Shown: piece after piece, positions 32,208 to 64,000 of the stretch
How the letters are laid out: every line of letters starts with the position of its first letter
How positions within the stretch are numbered: position 1 is the stretch's first letter
DNA from: Antedon mediterranea
Lineage: Eukaryota > Animalia > Echinodermata
Assembly (NCBI RefSeq): GCF_964355755.1
Contig: NC_092676.1
Coordinates: 1,741,788-1,805,787, forward strand
Length of the DNA stretch: 64,000 nt
Direction of reading: 5' to 3'
Notes under the pieces: generated by a model
What the model was told of the DNA's origin: nothing
What the model saw: the letters and a program-made list of their open reading frames with translations, nothing else
The model's database searches: none
Position numbers and translations under genes: made by a program

Positions 32208-35200
32208 AATCCCTGTGAATCCTCAACAATTCATATTCAGAATTCAAACATTTTTTTTATTCATTTCTTCTCCATAGGAGGACCCAAAGGTCTGTTCTAA
32301 CAGAGGGCCATGGAGTAGCCTACTTAAGGCACTTGAGACAGTGGCTATGTGGACTACACCGTGGTATGAATTATTTATGATTTCTGCCTTAACATACTGG
32401 GAAAAAATAATGCCACCAGAGTAACCCCCTAGTCTCGAAAAAAGTACAAGGTTCTTTAAATCATAATCGCCATCATTTTTCAGAATCATGATGACGGCTT
32501 ATATTCAAGTGTATTACGTAATTAACCACTTGATTTCGCATTTTGAATTGAACCACTACCGTACTATGGGTAGTAAAAGAGCATGTGACAGCATCAAGAG
32601 CATTCAGTGACGTCACGAGTGGTAATCACTAGTATCCTTTTATCAGATTGCTCTCTCAAGTTAAGACGCTTCTTGTTTTGTTGATTTTGTCAGAATACCC
32701 CTGGGCGCGCGGCAGCTAGCAATAATACCATAGTATGCCATTTGTGTCGTTGCGATTAAATTGTCGTCAGGCAGATCCTAATCGTCGCGCTTCACCATTC
32801 TATTCAGTAGGTTAATGATATTGCAAATAAAAATAAACGATATATAACGATGGTGGCGCTTGCTAATTAAACATTTAATTGACCGTTAAGTCGCCTGCAC
32901 TGGTCGTCGTGTCTGAACAACATACGCGTAATGTGTGTAAGACCCGATCGTTAACATCATGTACGTATGTGCGTGAAACACCGATATCTAAAAACGCGTA
33001 ATGTGTGTACAGTCCCGATTGTTATGTGCATAGCATGCGTAAAACACCGATATTGTTTTTAAAAAATAAATAGGCATATAGGGCCTATGCACAATTTACG
33101 TCAAGACCACCAACGCGGTATCAATATTACACGATTGTTATTCGATCGTAGATCCGACATTTGGGTGACATGCGTGACGGTCACAACGACAACGCGTCGC
33201 GCTCAATTTGAAGAAATCTTCGACTGAAAATGTAAGTCAATAGCCTAATTATTGATTATTAATAAAAAAAATAAAATAAAATATGGAGATAATATAACAT
33301 GGCCTGCTCTACGGGTGGTATTCATTACGTCACGTATGCAAATCATTTGAGTAATTTGCATATTGGCGGTATAATTCTCATATAGAGTAGGCTAAAGAGT
33401 TTCTGACACGGGTACAAGAAAAACTGGTGTGTTTTAAACCAGTATCTCTACTGAGATGATAAGAATCTGGTTAATCGCTAAAGCTTGCTTCCCACTAGCA
33501 GGCGCGGGCAACACAATTATTAGAAGGGCATTTGCTTACGTTGCGTAGATTGCGTTACGTTGCGTCGCTAGTGGGAACCAAGGATCTATATTTGTTTATG
33601 TCTTGTACCACGAAATTCTAATAAAAAAAATACATCAAAAATTCTGTTCATGATGGTGTTTTTACTTCTTTAAACATTTTATTATCGCTGATATAAGACA
33701 CAGATCACGTATTAATAAAACATAATAATATGGCTACATAAAACACGTAGGCGCAGCCTACAAATTAAGTTATAGATCATTTAGCATTGAAACAATTGTT
33801 CGAAATTATGTTTAGATGGCATTTATTGTATAAACGTGAGTTGATAATGGAATAACACGGTAAACATGTATTAGTGTACAGATGTATGATATTAATCAAT
33901 AAAACATTTGATATATATCTTTGTGTAAATGTATACGTAAGCTGTTTCTACTACAAACTCTATTTCTGCATTTCTATTTCTGCATTGTTTGAATTATGTT
34001 TCGTCGTCAAAATGACGTGTTTAATAATCATAAAATAAAATCGTAAATTTACGTTGTGTGGATTATAGAGGAATTCCAAGACATACATTCTACATGTCTT
34101 CAACTCACGTGACCACCGCGCGCAAAATATATCTTTCTTTTTTTAATCATGATTGAGACGTAGGATACTTCACATGTTTTTCGTTTATCTTTTGGCTCTT
34201 TCTTTTTTTAAATCTTTTTTATAAATCCTGACCTCAAAATCTGTCTTTTTCAAAGCATGTCTATAATTTTCGTTTTAAATTTAGAATTAATATTGACAAT
34301 TACACGGTCATTGTACGAGGAGGTCGTATAATATTTCGAATATAAACTTAAATTGTAAAAATGATATGAAATTATGACATTTATTTTATGAGTTCCTTAT
34401 TGTATTATTGATATAATAGGTTATCTTGAACTTGTAAGAACTAGGTCCTATCTATACTACATGATGAGGCACATTCAATTAAATTATACAGTTCTAAAGT
34501 TGTATAACTAACTTTTTATGATACACAATAAGAAAGTTCATTCTGAGTTTCACAACTAATTGGTTCACACTATATGTAAGACGCAACGCATGGATGGATA
34601 TACTATACGCGCGCGTTGCAAATAGTTGACCAACCAAGCGACGGATCATTAGAACTGTCATTGTGCGTTGCGTGCCAGTGGGAACTATAGCATGGCTTCC
34701 ACTATAACGCAACGCAAGCTGAAATGCAAGCGAATTGACCAATCAAAAGCAACAGTTGGACTAAACCATCGCTTGTGATTGGTCATTCGCTTGCGTTGCG
34801 GCTTACGTTCTAGCGTTGCGTCCAAATGGGAACCAAGCTTAAGCTTACAAAATTACGATTAATTATGATTGTAAATATTATTACCTAAGGTACTTATAAA
34901 TTAAGAAAATGAAGGCCTTGTACTCAATCAATGTATTGAGTTAGAAGGTTAATTACAAGCGGGGCCGAATCTGTTATTATTCTATACAAATTATCGTTCA
35001 TATCGATTAACAACGATGAATAGACGTAGCCTATAACGAGAGAGTTAATACAAGAAAACGCGAGCAATTTATTAATTCAATTTATTTCACTAAAGAACAA
35101 CGATTTACAAATAAATTGGATTTTGTTACTACGTAATTAGGAACTAATTTATTCATATATTTTATAGTATTTGAATTAACTGTCTTGCAGTGAATAGTGT

Positions 35201-36927
35201 AGTATTCATTCATTCATTTATTTGATCAAAATCACATAAAACAAGTAAATAGGTTCATGAATAAAACAGTATTTTAAAAAAAACATATACAAAAATGGTA
35301 AAATATTTTAAAACATCTAAAACCGTATAAAAACAAAGTTAAAAATATTTAAAAACCATTAAAAATTCTTAAAAGAGATAAAAAGGGTGATAAAAAGTGA
35401 TTTCGATCAGGATCGTCCAAGAAAACCAATAACTCAGATTTATTTCCATTGGAGTCTTTGAGGTAAAAAAAAAATTAAAAAATAGTTAAAAATAAGTTTA
35501 GATGCTATGCCATAGAGTGACGATCCATCTATGACGCAACGAAAGAAATTGAACGCAACGCAATATCGTAGCAACGCAAGCGAATTGACCAATGGCAAGC
35601 GACAGTTCGAATTTTTTTCATCGTTTGTTATTTCGTCGAATTTCTTACGTTGCTCTTCCGTCCTTCTCCGGTTGCGTCTCTCAAATTCAAATTCAAATTC
35701 AATTCACATTTATTTACTCATCGTTTATAAATACAGTTTCATAGTATCGGACAAATTAGTTTGTTTTAATTGTTGATTCAATAATATTATATAGCAATAG
35801 GACAGAGTGTGTTTTTTAGGGGATGTGATTACGGGGCGCCGTTTGGGACTTTGCTAATGTGATGGGTGTCGGATCGCCTGAAGGGATTACGTGTAGTATT
35901 ACACACATATCGTTTTATTCATGAACCCTTTACTTGTGATTTTGATCAAATAAATTAATGAATTTCCTCTCGTTCATCGTTTCAACGGGATAAAGTGTCC
36001 CTTAGTAATAATAATAATAATAATAAATACTTTATTTTAACACGGAAAAGCTTGTGTCACCATAAAGGTGTTCTTCTACAAGGCCGTGATCAACTAACAG
36101 TAGTACATTACACATTTAAAAATAACAAATTTTAAAAATAACAAATTTTAAAAATAACAAATTTTAAAAATAACAAATTAGAGAACAAAAATATATGAAC
36201 AGAAACCTTAATTACATTTGTGATAAGAGTACAAAATAAATAATAAATCACACCAATAATTTTTTGAAAGTATTCAAATTTGTGGCATTTTGCATTGGTA
36301 AAGCAGCTCTGTCTACCAAACTGTATGTGACAAAAAATGTGATGTGCCCACATATTGACAAGATGATGTCATATCACCATATTTTGACATATCACTACCA
36401 TATTTGGGCACATCACGCCTTTTTTATTCAACCAGATTGATAGTGTAGACAGAGCTTAAAGGTGATCCTGAACATGGTGTACTAAAGGAGGGCTCTACTG
36501 TATTTGTACTTGAATTACCCGTAGGCTTCTGAAATCATTCCTTAATATTGTAAATACTTGAGCTATACTTATAGAATACAAAACAGATACTATAAATTCC
36601 TGTAATAATTGCAACATTTACTGAAAATATTTAAAATGATACGAAGCACAAAAAAAACAAGAAAACATGATTCATGCATATTTTCAATTGCGTGTGCGAA
36701 ATGCCAATCAGAGAAAACCATTGGAAAGCATACGAAGGAATGCTTACATAAATTAATGACAAAACACAAACAATATATAGAGCAATCTAATCCGATATGA
36801 CAGTTCTGATTTCTTAACACGTTAATGCAGAAGGAATAGGCCAGTATTAATATGTTAATATCAGTATTATACATCAATGCATTTTATTTCGCCACAGTAC
36901 AATGACCCCGCTCCACAAGAAACCTAA

Positions 36928-37078
36928 AGCTCTGTCTACACTATCAAACTAGTTTGACAAAAAAAGTGTTCCCACATATGGTGGTGATATACCTAAATAT
37001 GGTAGTGATATGACATTATCATGTCCATATATGGGCACATGTATTTGTCACATACAGTTTGATAGTGTAGACAGAGCT
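36928..37078. mobile_element. MITE family A copy with perfect TIRs and TAA TSD
   Basis: taa|AGCTCTGTCTACACTATCAAACT...AGTTTGATAGTGTAGACAGAGCT|taa. Confidence 0.85.
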
Positions 37079-37253
37079 TAATAATGCAAAAAGAAGAAAG
37101 GTAATAACAGTGCGTACAGTTTATTCGCGTATTTGTAGGTGTGCGCGTTAACTGTACAATGTGACGTAACGTGCATGTCGTCACTGATCAGACAGTTAAT
37201 TGGTTTTGGAAATTAGTAATAAATAAAAAGCAAGGAGTTGGTCCAGTTTTGGA

Positions 37254-37447
37254 CAGTGGCGTATACGAAAAGACATGAGGCCCCTGGTTTAGGAATCCTA
37301 AGTGGCCCTCCAATGCTGGAGACCTCTTTAGGCTTTTTCGACATATTTTAATGCCTATTTTATTCCTCAGGGCACTGCTCATGGGTCCCCATAAGCTCTG
37401 GGGCCCCTGGGTTTAGCAAGTGAGCGCTCATAGCCGTTACGCCACTG
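37254..37447. mobile_element. hAT-superfamily MITE with perfect 8-bp TSD
   Basis: gttttgga|CAGTGGCGTA...TACGCCACTG|gttttgga. Confidence 0.85.
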
Positions 37448-40400
37448 GTTTTGGATCGAATGGTGTAACTGGTATTATTTTTGTTGAAAACCATTGTTTC
37501 TTTAATTCTCTACAAGGCAATATAATACAAGTAAACGAAGTCAACGGTTTATTTAAATTGCAAGTTGGATTTGTGATTCATCTCGTATTTTTCGGTCTTT
37601 TGAGATTTGTATCAACTACTCAACCAGTTAGTCTCTGCACGTCGATATCAAATTACAAACACAATCTCTACAAAATTAAGATCTTTCGATTTTCAAATAT
37701 AATATATATATGTATGTGGTTTCCTCATCTGCGATTTATAATATTCATTCAATTCATTTTTTTTCTGTAAGTCTAAAATATTAGGACTTAACTGATACGA
37801 TATTTAATATGACATGCATGTATTTATTTACATAGATCTGGCAAACGATACAGACGGATTTAATTCGCCTAAATACCTCCCGTAAAATTTCATTCATTTC
37901 ATTTCTGAGTTTTTTTTAATTTACAAATGGTAAAAATTAATTACTTACACATATAAAAATTGATTATTACAACAAACATAAACAAAATTACCACAGAAAC
38001 GTAGAAATATAAAAAAGGTTCACAAAAACGAGACGTTTTTTACCCCGGGTCATTCTGGATCTAACACGTATGGAAACAACCAGCGTGTTGCCTTTTGAAT
38101 CTACAGGTAGCGTACGCTTACACACCTGGATGGAGAGAAGCACGTAAGTAAAGTGTCTACCTTGCTTTAAAGCGTAGTTTCCACTAGAGACGCAACGGAA
38201 GGGCGCAGATCCAACGCAAGCGAGTTGACCAATGACAAGCTATACTAATAATCCATTGCTTGTGATGGGGTCAAATCATTTAAGTTGCGTTACACGTCTC
38301 TCGTTGCGTCTCAAGTGGAAACCCAGCTTAAAACAAAAAGCAAAGAGACGAGCGTTGAATTTGATCAGAAGTTCAACGCAACAATACGCTCTGCATATAA
38401 TGCCTGGTTCCCACTAGGACGCAACGCAAGGACGTAAACGCTACGTAAAGCTTGGTTCCCACTAGAACGTAACGCAAGGACGTAAACGCAACGCAAGCGT
38501 TTTAACCAATGACAAGCGTTGCGTTACGTTCATGTGTTGCGTCGCTAGTGGGAACTACACTTAAGCGAGTTGACCAATCACAGGTTTTGGATTATTCAAA
38601 CGCTTCTCATTGGTCAACACGAGTTGTATTGCGTTATGTTCCTGCCTTTTGTCTCCAGTGGAAACCAAGCGTTTAATAGTTAACAGTGGGTTTATATAAT
38701 AGTAGGCCTAAATGTTAAGCTCCATCGTTCAATACAAATACCTTAAAAGTTAAGTACGGAGTCTTATGTAATTCCTCCATGCTTTAAGTAGATCTACTGC
38801 GAATCGCAAATACAACAAATAAATTAAATCTAGAATTATTATAAGCATATAATATATAATATAGAAGTATAATTTCTGCCTCACATACCGACGAATACTG
38901 TACATTACACGCACATCAAAGCAATTAATACACGTGGTCAATAATCGAGTGATACAATTTTGTGCTATAGACTCTTTTCAACCAAAAAGTGCATTCAAAT
39001 CAGTATTACGATGGATGATTGTTTATAGAACAAAAGAACAACAATGACAAAAGGCGGTGTTAAAATTTAATAACCTCTTAACTTTCATTGTTATTTCAAC
39101 TAATTATAAATATAACCTTTACTATACTGCGGAATGATGATTATTTATTAACCATTGACAAACTGAATTTACTTTCTGTATTATCGATTTATTAACATAA
39201 TTCATTAATATATTTGTTTTTTTCCATTAATTGTGTCATAACCATTTTCTTGCTAATCATTCAAAGGAATTAGTCATTTTATTTCTATTGTTTAGCCTTA
39301 TTGGTGAATCGTCATTATGCACAGTGTGAATTGGATCTTAAGCTTGGTTCCACCATGGAGTAATATTATTACTCCATGGCTCCACTGGGACGAAAGGTAA
39401 AAGAGTACGGTAGATAGACTTTGCTTACGTTGGAACAGTGATTCTTCTCGTAAGAAATTGATAGAATAGTATAGTTTTACGTTGCGCCGCTACGTTAAGT
39501 TGCGGCACGTTTTTTTTCTAGTGAGTAACTATATGTGACTTAGTAAATAACAAATGCGCGTCTTATATCACGAACGAATGACGCCAGCCAAACAAGCGCA
39601 ACTTGCTTTATAAAGCTCTGTCACTATCAAACAAAAAATGCGATGTGCCCATATATAGACACGATGACGTCATATCACTACCATATTTGGGCACATAATA
39701 CTTTCTTGTCAAATTGATAGTGTAGACAGAGCATAACACTAGCTATTATTATTATTTATTATTACTACTTTGTTTACCCAGGGTAAGCCCAAACAGTTAA
39801 AAACTGATTTCCATTGGGGCCCTGCATTGACTATAAGTACAATTTCATTAACATCTATATTGGCAATAAGCATATGTATTTCTTATTCTTAAAGCAGCAA
39901 CGGATAAAGCAAATCCTATAAACCCATTCCATTTGAAATGGACTTAGGCTAAGCTTATGCTGGTACAATCTTACAATGCAACATGATCAATAAGACATAC
40001 ACGTTCTCGTCGTCGTCGTACGCGCAATATGCACATTTTTACAAGACATTTTATCTAACTTTCATCGCTTTCTTGATGTCTGTCAAACGTATCATTTCAA
40101 AGCTCAATAAAAAATAATGCATTTCTGTTTTACATATTCGAATCACTGTTTCGTGATTATATTGTTGAAATATTTTCCAATAGCCATCGGTTTTAACCAT
40201 TCAAACTATTATTTACTTTCAACTCCACTCCCTAAGCCTCAAATGAGACTTAGTTTATAAGCACGATAAATTATAAAAAAAGTTTATCCATCCTGTAAGT
40301 TACTCGCTGTTGAAGCGTATGAAATAAAATATATATTCAACAGCAACATTTCCATGGTCTAATCTTGATATTTTAACTGCCTTTCTTTAGGAGTAACTAC

Positions 40401-41719
40401 ATCATACAGTTTAGCTACTATTGAATCAGATATTTGTTGTGTACATGGAGTTAAGCTGGGCACGGAAGAAATAACTTTTGTCATAACGTCACATTCAATT
40501 AATGGGAATCAAAACGAAATCAAATCCACTACGATCTCCCGTTGGTTTTAGAAGTTACACATCAGTTAAGATAAAGCTAGTTAATATTGTACTCTGTTCA
40601 TTTTTCCAGTACAATTAATAGAGGCCCAATAAATACTTTGTTTGGCTGTTCTATTAAAGTCAGTTTGACCACCACGATGGATCATTGAAACTGTCGCATA
40701 TGATTGGTTCCCACTAGATACGCAACCTAAGGACGTAAGCACAACCAATCACACACGATGGATTATTCGAACTGTCACTTGTCATTGGTCAACGTGCTTG
40801 CGTTGCGCTTACGTCATTGTTGCGTTCAACCATGCGTGGGAACTCAAGCTTTATGCTTTGTGAAATCACTTGCGTTGCGTTTACGTCGTGCGTTACGTTA
40901 CGTTACGTTTTACTGGGAACCAAGCTTTAATTCCTGTCGTAATTGTTGGATTATATTAATTATTAATATTTTATGACGATATAAAAATATTCAATGTAAG
41001 AACAATCTCTCATTTGAATTCTTTTGGTCGGAATTTTGGTTTGATGTATTGATCAGAAACGCGTTCAACACGATCTCAACGCTTTCGGTTTGCTTTTGTC
41101 ATAATTGCGTTGTTCTTTCTACACTTTATGTGACAAAAAATGTGCTGTGCCTATATATGGACATGATGATGTCATATCACTACCATTATCTGGGCACATC
41201 AAACTTATTTTGTCAAACTAGTTTGATAGTGTACACAGAGCTTTAGATTGGAATTTATTTATATGGTTTAACTGTCGGTTTTAGTTTTTCTGCAAACAGC
41301 GTATAGATTAGTTCAAAAAGTCATGCCTGGCGAGACTACTGTTAACTTATACGTCATCAATACTCACTTAATGCTAGGCTACAATACCGTCATTATATTT
41401 AGATCATCCTTCATTACCATCTGTAAATTGGGTAGCGAAACATCGAGTAAGACATTGCCAACGGCTGGCTGCCTCACTTCGCTACTGCTCTAATAATACT
41501 ATATGTTACTATGATTCGTCATCGGTTAAAAGATTATAGCTTGTAGCTAGCTTTTTCAATCAATTATATCGATTGCAGTTAATGCCATTTAAAAAAAAAT
41601 GATTTTATTAATTTAATTGTATAATGTACTTTGTGCATGCGTAAGGATCAGGTTTGATCATGCTTTCATTACCTTAAGGCTGCTGGCCGTGTTTGCAATA
41701 GTCGCCGTATCACATTTAA

Positions 41720-42305
41720 AGCTTGGTTCCCACTAGAGACGCAACGTAACGCAACCTACGCAACGTGAGAAAATGCCCTTCCAATCATTGTGTTTGCCTC
41801 CCTCTCAATCAAACCTGCGATTTTTGCAGCACTGTTGCTGCATCGCAGGTTTGATTTCACGCAGGCGGGGGAAAACACATTTATTAAAAGGGCATTTGCT
41901 TAAGCGTGGTTCCCACTAGCGACGCAACATATAGCGTGGTTCCCACTAGCGACGCAACACAAGGACGTAACGCAACGCAAGTGAATTGACCAATCACAAG
42001 CAATGGCTTATTCGCTTGTGATTGCTAACTGTCTATAATTTCGCTTGTCATTAGTTAAAACGCTTACGTTGCGTTTACGTCCTTGCGTTACGTTTTAGTG
42101 GGAACCAAGCTTTAGGACGTAACGCAACGCAAGTGAATTGACCAATCACTAGCGATGGCTTATTCGCTTGTGATTGCTAACTGTCTATAACTTCGCTTGT
42201 CATTGGTTAAAACGCTTGCGTTGCGTTTACGTCCTTGCGATACGTTCTAGTGGGCTTTACGTTGCGTAGATTGCGTTACGTTGCATCGCTAGTGGGAACC
42301 AAGCT
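41720..42305. mobile_element. Nested cluster of family B MITEs
   Basis: An outer element (41720-~41900 and ~42257-42305; same subtype as 27263 and 33481) is interrupted by two interleaved copies of the young subfamily. Confidence 0.75.
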
Positions 42306-42789
42306 TTAGGGCTCTTATTATTTACTTTGTATCCTATCCCGGAGAGTAGATAGGCACCAATAGGAGATATGGATTATGCCTTCTCTGTACCGTATCATGA
42401 TGAGTACTACTACTACTACTGTATCTCATCTGCTACGCTCCTACGAACGACCCTAGGTCATGGGGGACAACTAGACCTAGATCCTGGGGAAGGAGTATAA
42501 GTAAAAGTACTTTAGTAATACGTTTGTCTGTCCTCCAGTCTCCATACCCATTCTGAATAATATGCAAAAAAATGAAAATGAACAATGTCATGAAAGCCTC
42601 AGTGGAAAAATGGTTGTGACATATCAAGAAGAAGGTTCCGGGTTCGAATCATGGTTGGATTTTCTTTCATTCTCACAGATTTCCTCATCTTGATCGTTTT
42701 CAAATAATTCAATTTCAGTTTAGGGCGGTTTAGAATTTATTCTGTGCCTGTGATTTTAATATAATATATATATATATTAATAATGCGCA

Positions 42790-43250
42790 CAGTATGCATG
42801 CTTTTGAATCTGAAGGCATTGAACCCATACGATACGACAGATTGCTCAATGAATGTATTGATTTGTGAGATTTAAAATCAGCATTTAACATTACTTTCTG
42901 TACAATCATGTTAGTCAGACACAATTCAATTTCAACCAGTCTGTTAATGCATTTGCCTCTTTCAAGTTATATATAAATAAATTAACCAATATAGCTTAAT
43001 GAAATGATTGATATGTCTATATATTTAAAAGACAAACATTGTAGTGATTGATTCAAATGTAGTTTTAAATAAAATAGTATTTTAATCAAACATCCACTAT
43101 TTGTACGCCTACCTAAAATGTTCTTGTGTACAATCATTTTTTCCATTACATTACAACTTTTACAGATAATAACATTGATAATACCACCGTATAGAAAGTC
43201 TACATTATAATTGAAAGCAACATTCAAGGGCAATTTAACATTATACAACA
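42790..43250 (-). mobile_element. Possible highly degenerate LINE ORF2 3' remnant
   Basis: Minus-strand pieces such as FKSHKSIHSLSNLSYRMGSMPSDSKACILC weakly resemble the R.S.H.L.IE.GR...R.C..C motif found downstream of RT in non-LTR elements; many stops. Confidence 0.3.
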
Positions 43251-43569
43251 TTCAATTTCTGAACCTAGTAAATTGACTTACAACATGTGTTGTAGCAGAT
43301 GATTTAATAAAATTGTTCAATAAAAGGGCGATATATGACAACATTTTGGATAGCGCTTTCTATCTGATTTGCTGCTATGGAAACGTCAATGCTATAAAAG
43401 GCAGCCTATAAGCAATGATTAGTGTAGTGCTGCTGTAGTGTCCGTCACACGCGCAGCTAACTTCATTCGGAGGAGAGGCATGTTCACGTATGTGTACTGC
43501 ATATACGCCTGAGGATGTACTTATACTTGTACAACATTTGACCAACAACACGATGTTGCTGACCGCTAA

Positions 43570-64000
<20,431 letters not shown>

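Overview
AT-rich, intron-containing animal (probably marine invertebrate) DNA; nothing here looks prokaryotic. Four blocks. (1) ~1.9-10.5 kb: a tandem cluster of related intronless type-I membrane receptor genes (signal peptide, Cys-containing ectodomain ending in an Ig/PKD-like domain, one TM, Tyr-motif tail). The copies differ sharply in the tail: a short ITSM-like tail with a PDZ-type end; a tail with 11 tandem 28-aa DYV repeats; a tail frameshifted right after the TM; and an ectodomain-less relic. (2) 11.6-23.2 kb, minus strand: a 21-coding-exon TTK/Mps1 kinase gene whose five N-terminal exons (N-terminal extension + TPR + linker) are tandemly duplicated in frame, with a 46-bp G-rich minisatellite just past its stop codon. 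(3) ~23.3-43.6 kb: no recognisable gene; dense in non-autonomous DNA transposons (two Tourist/PIF-like MITE families, hAT-like MITEs). (4) 43.6 kb to the end, plus strand: a group I-like metabotropic glutamate receptor with a 13-kb first coding intron containing a 1-kb foldback element and nested MITE arrays; its last exon runs off the window. All exon boundaries and alignments were read by eye and no database search was run.
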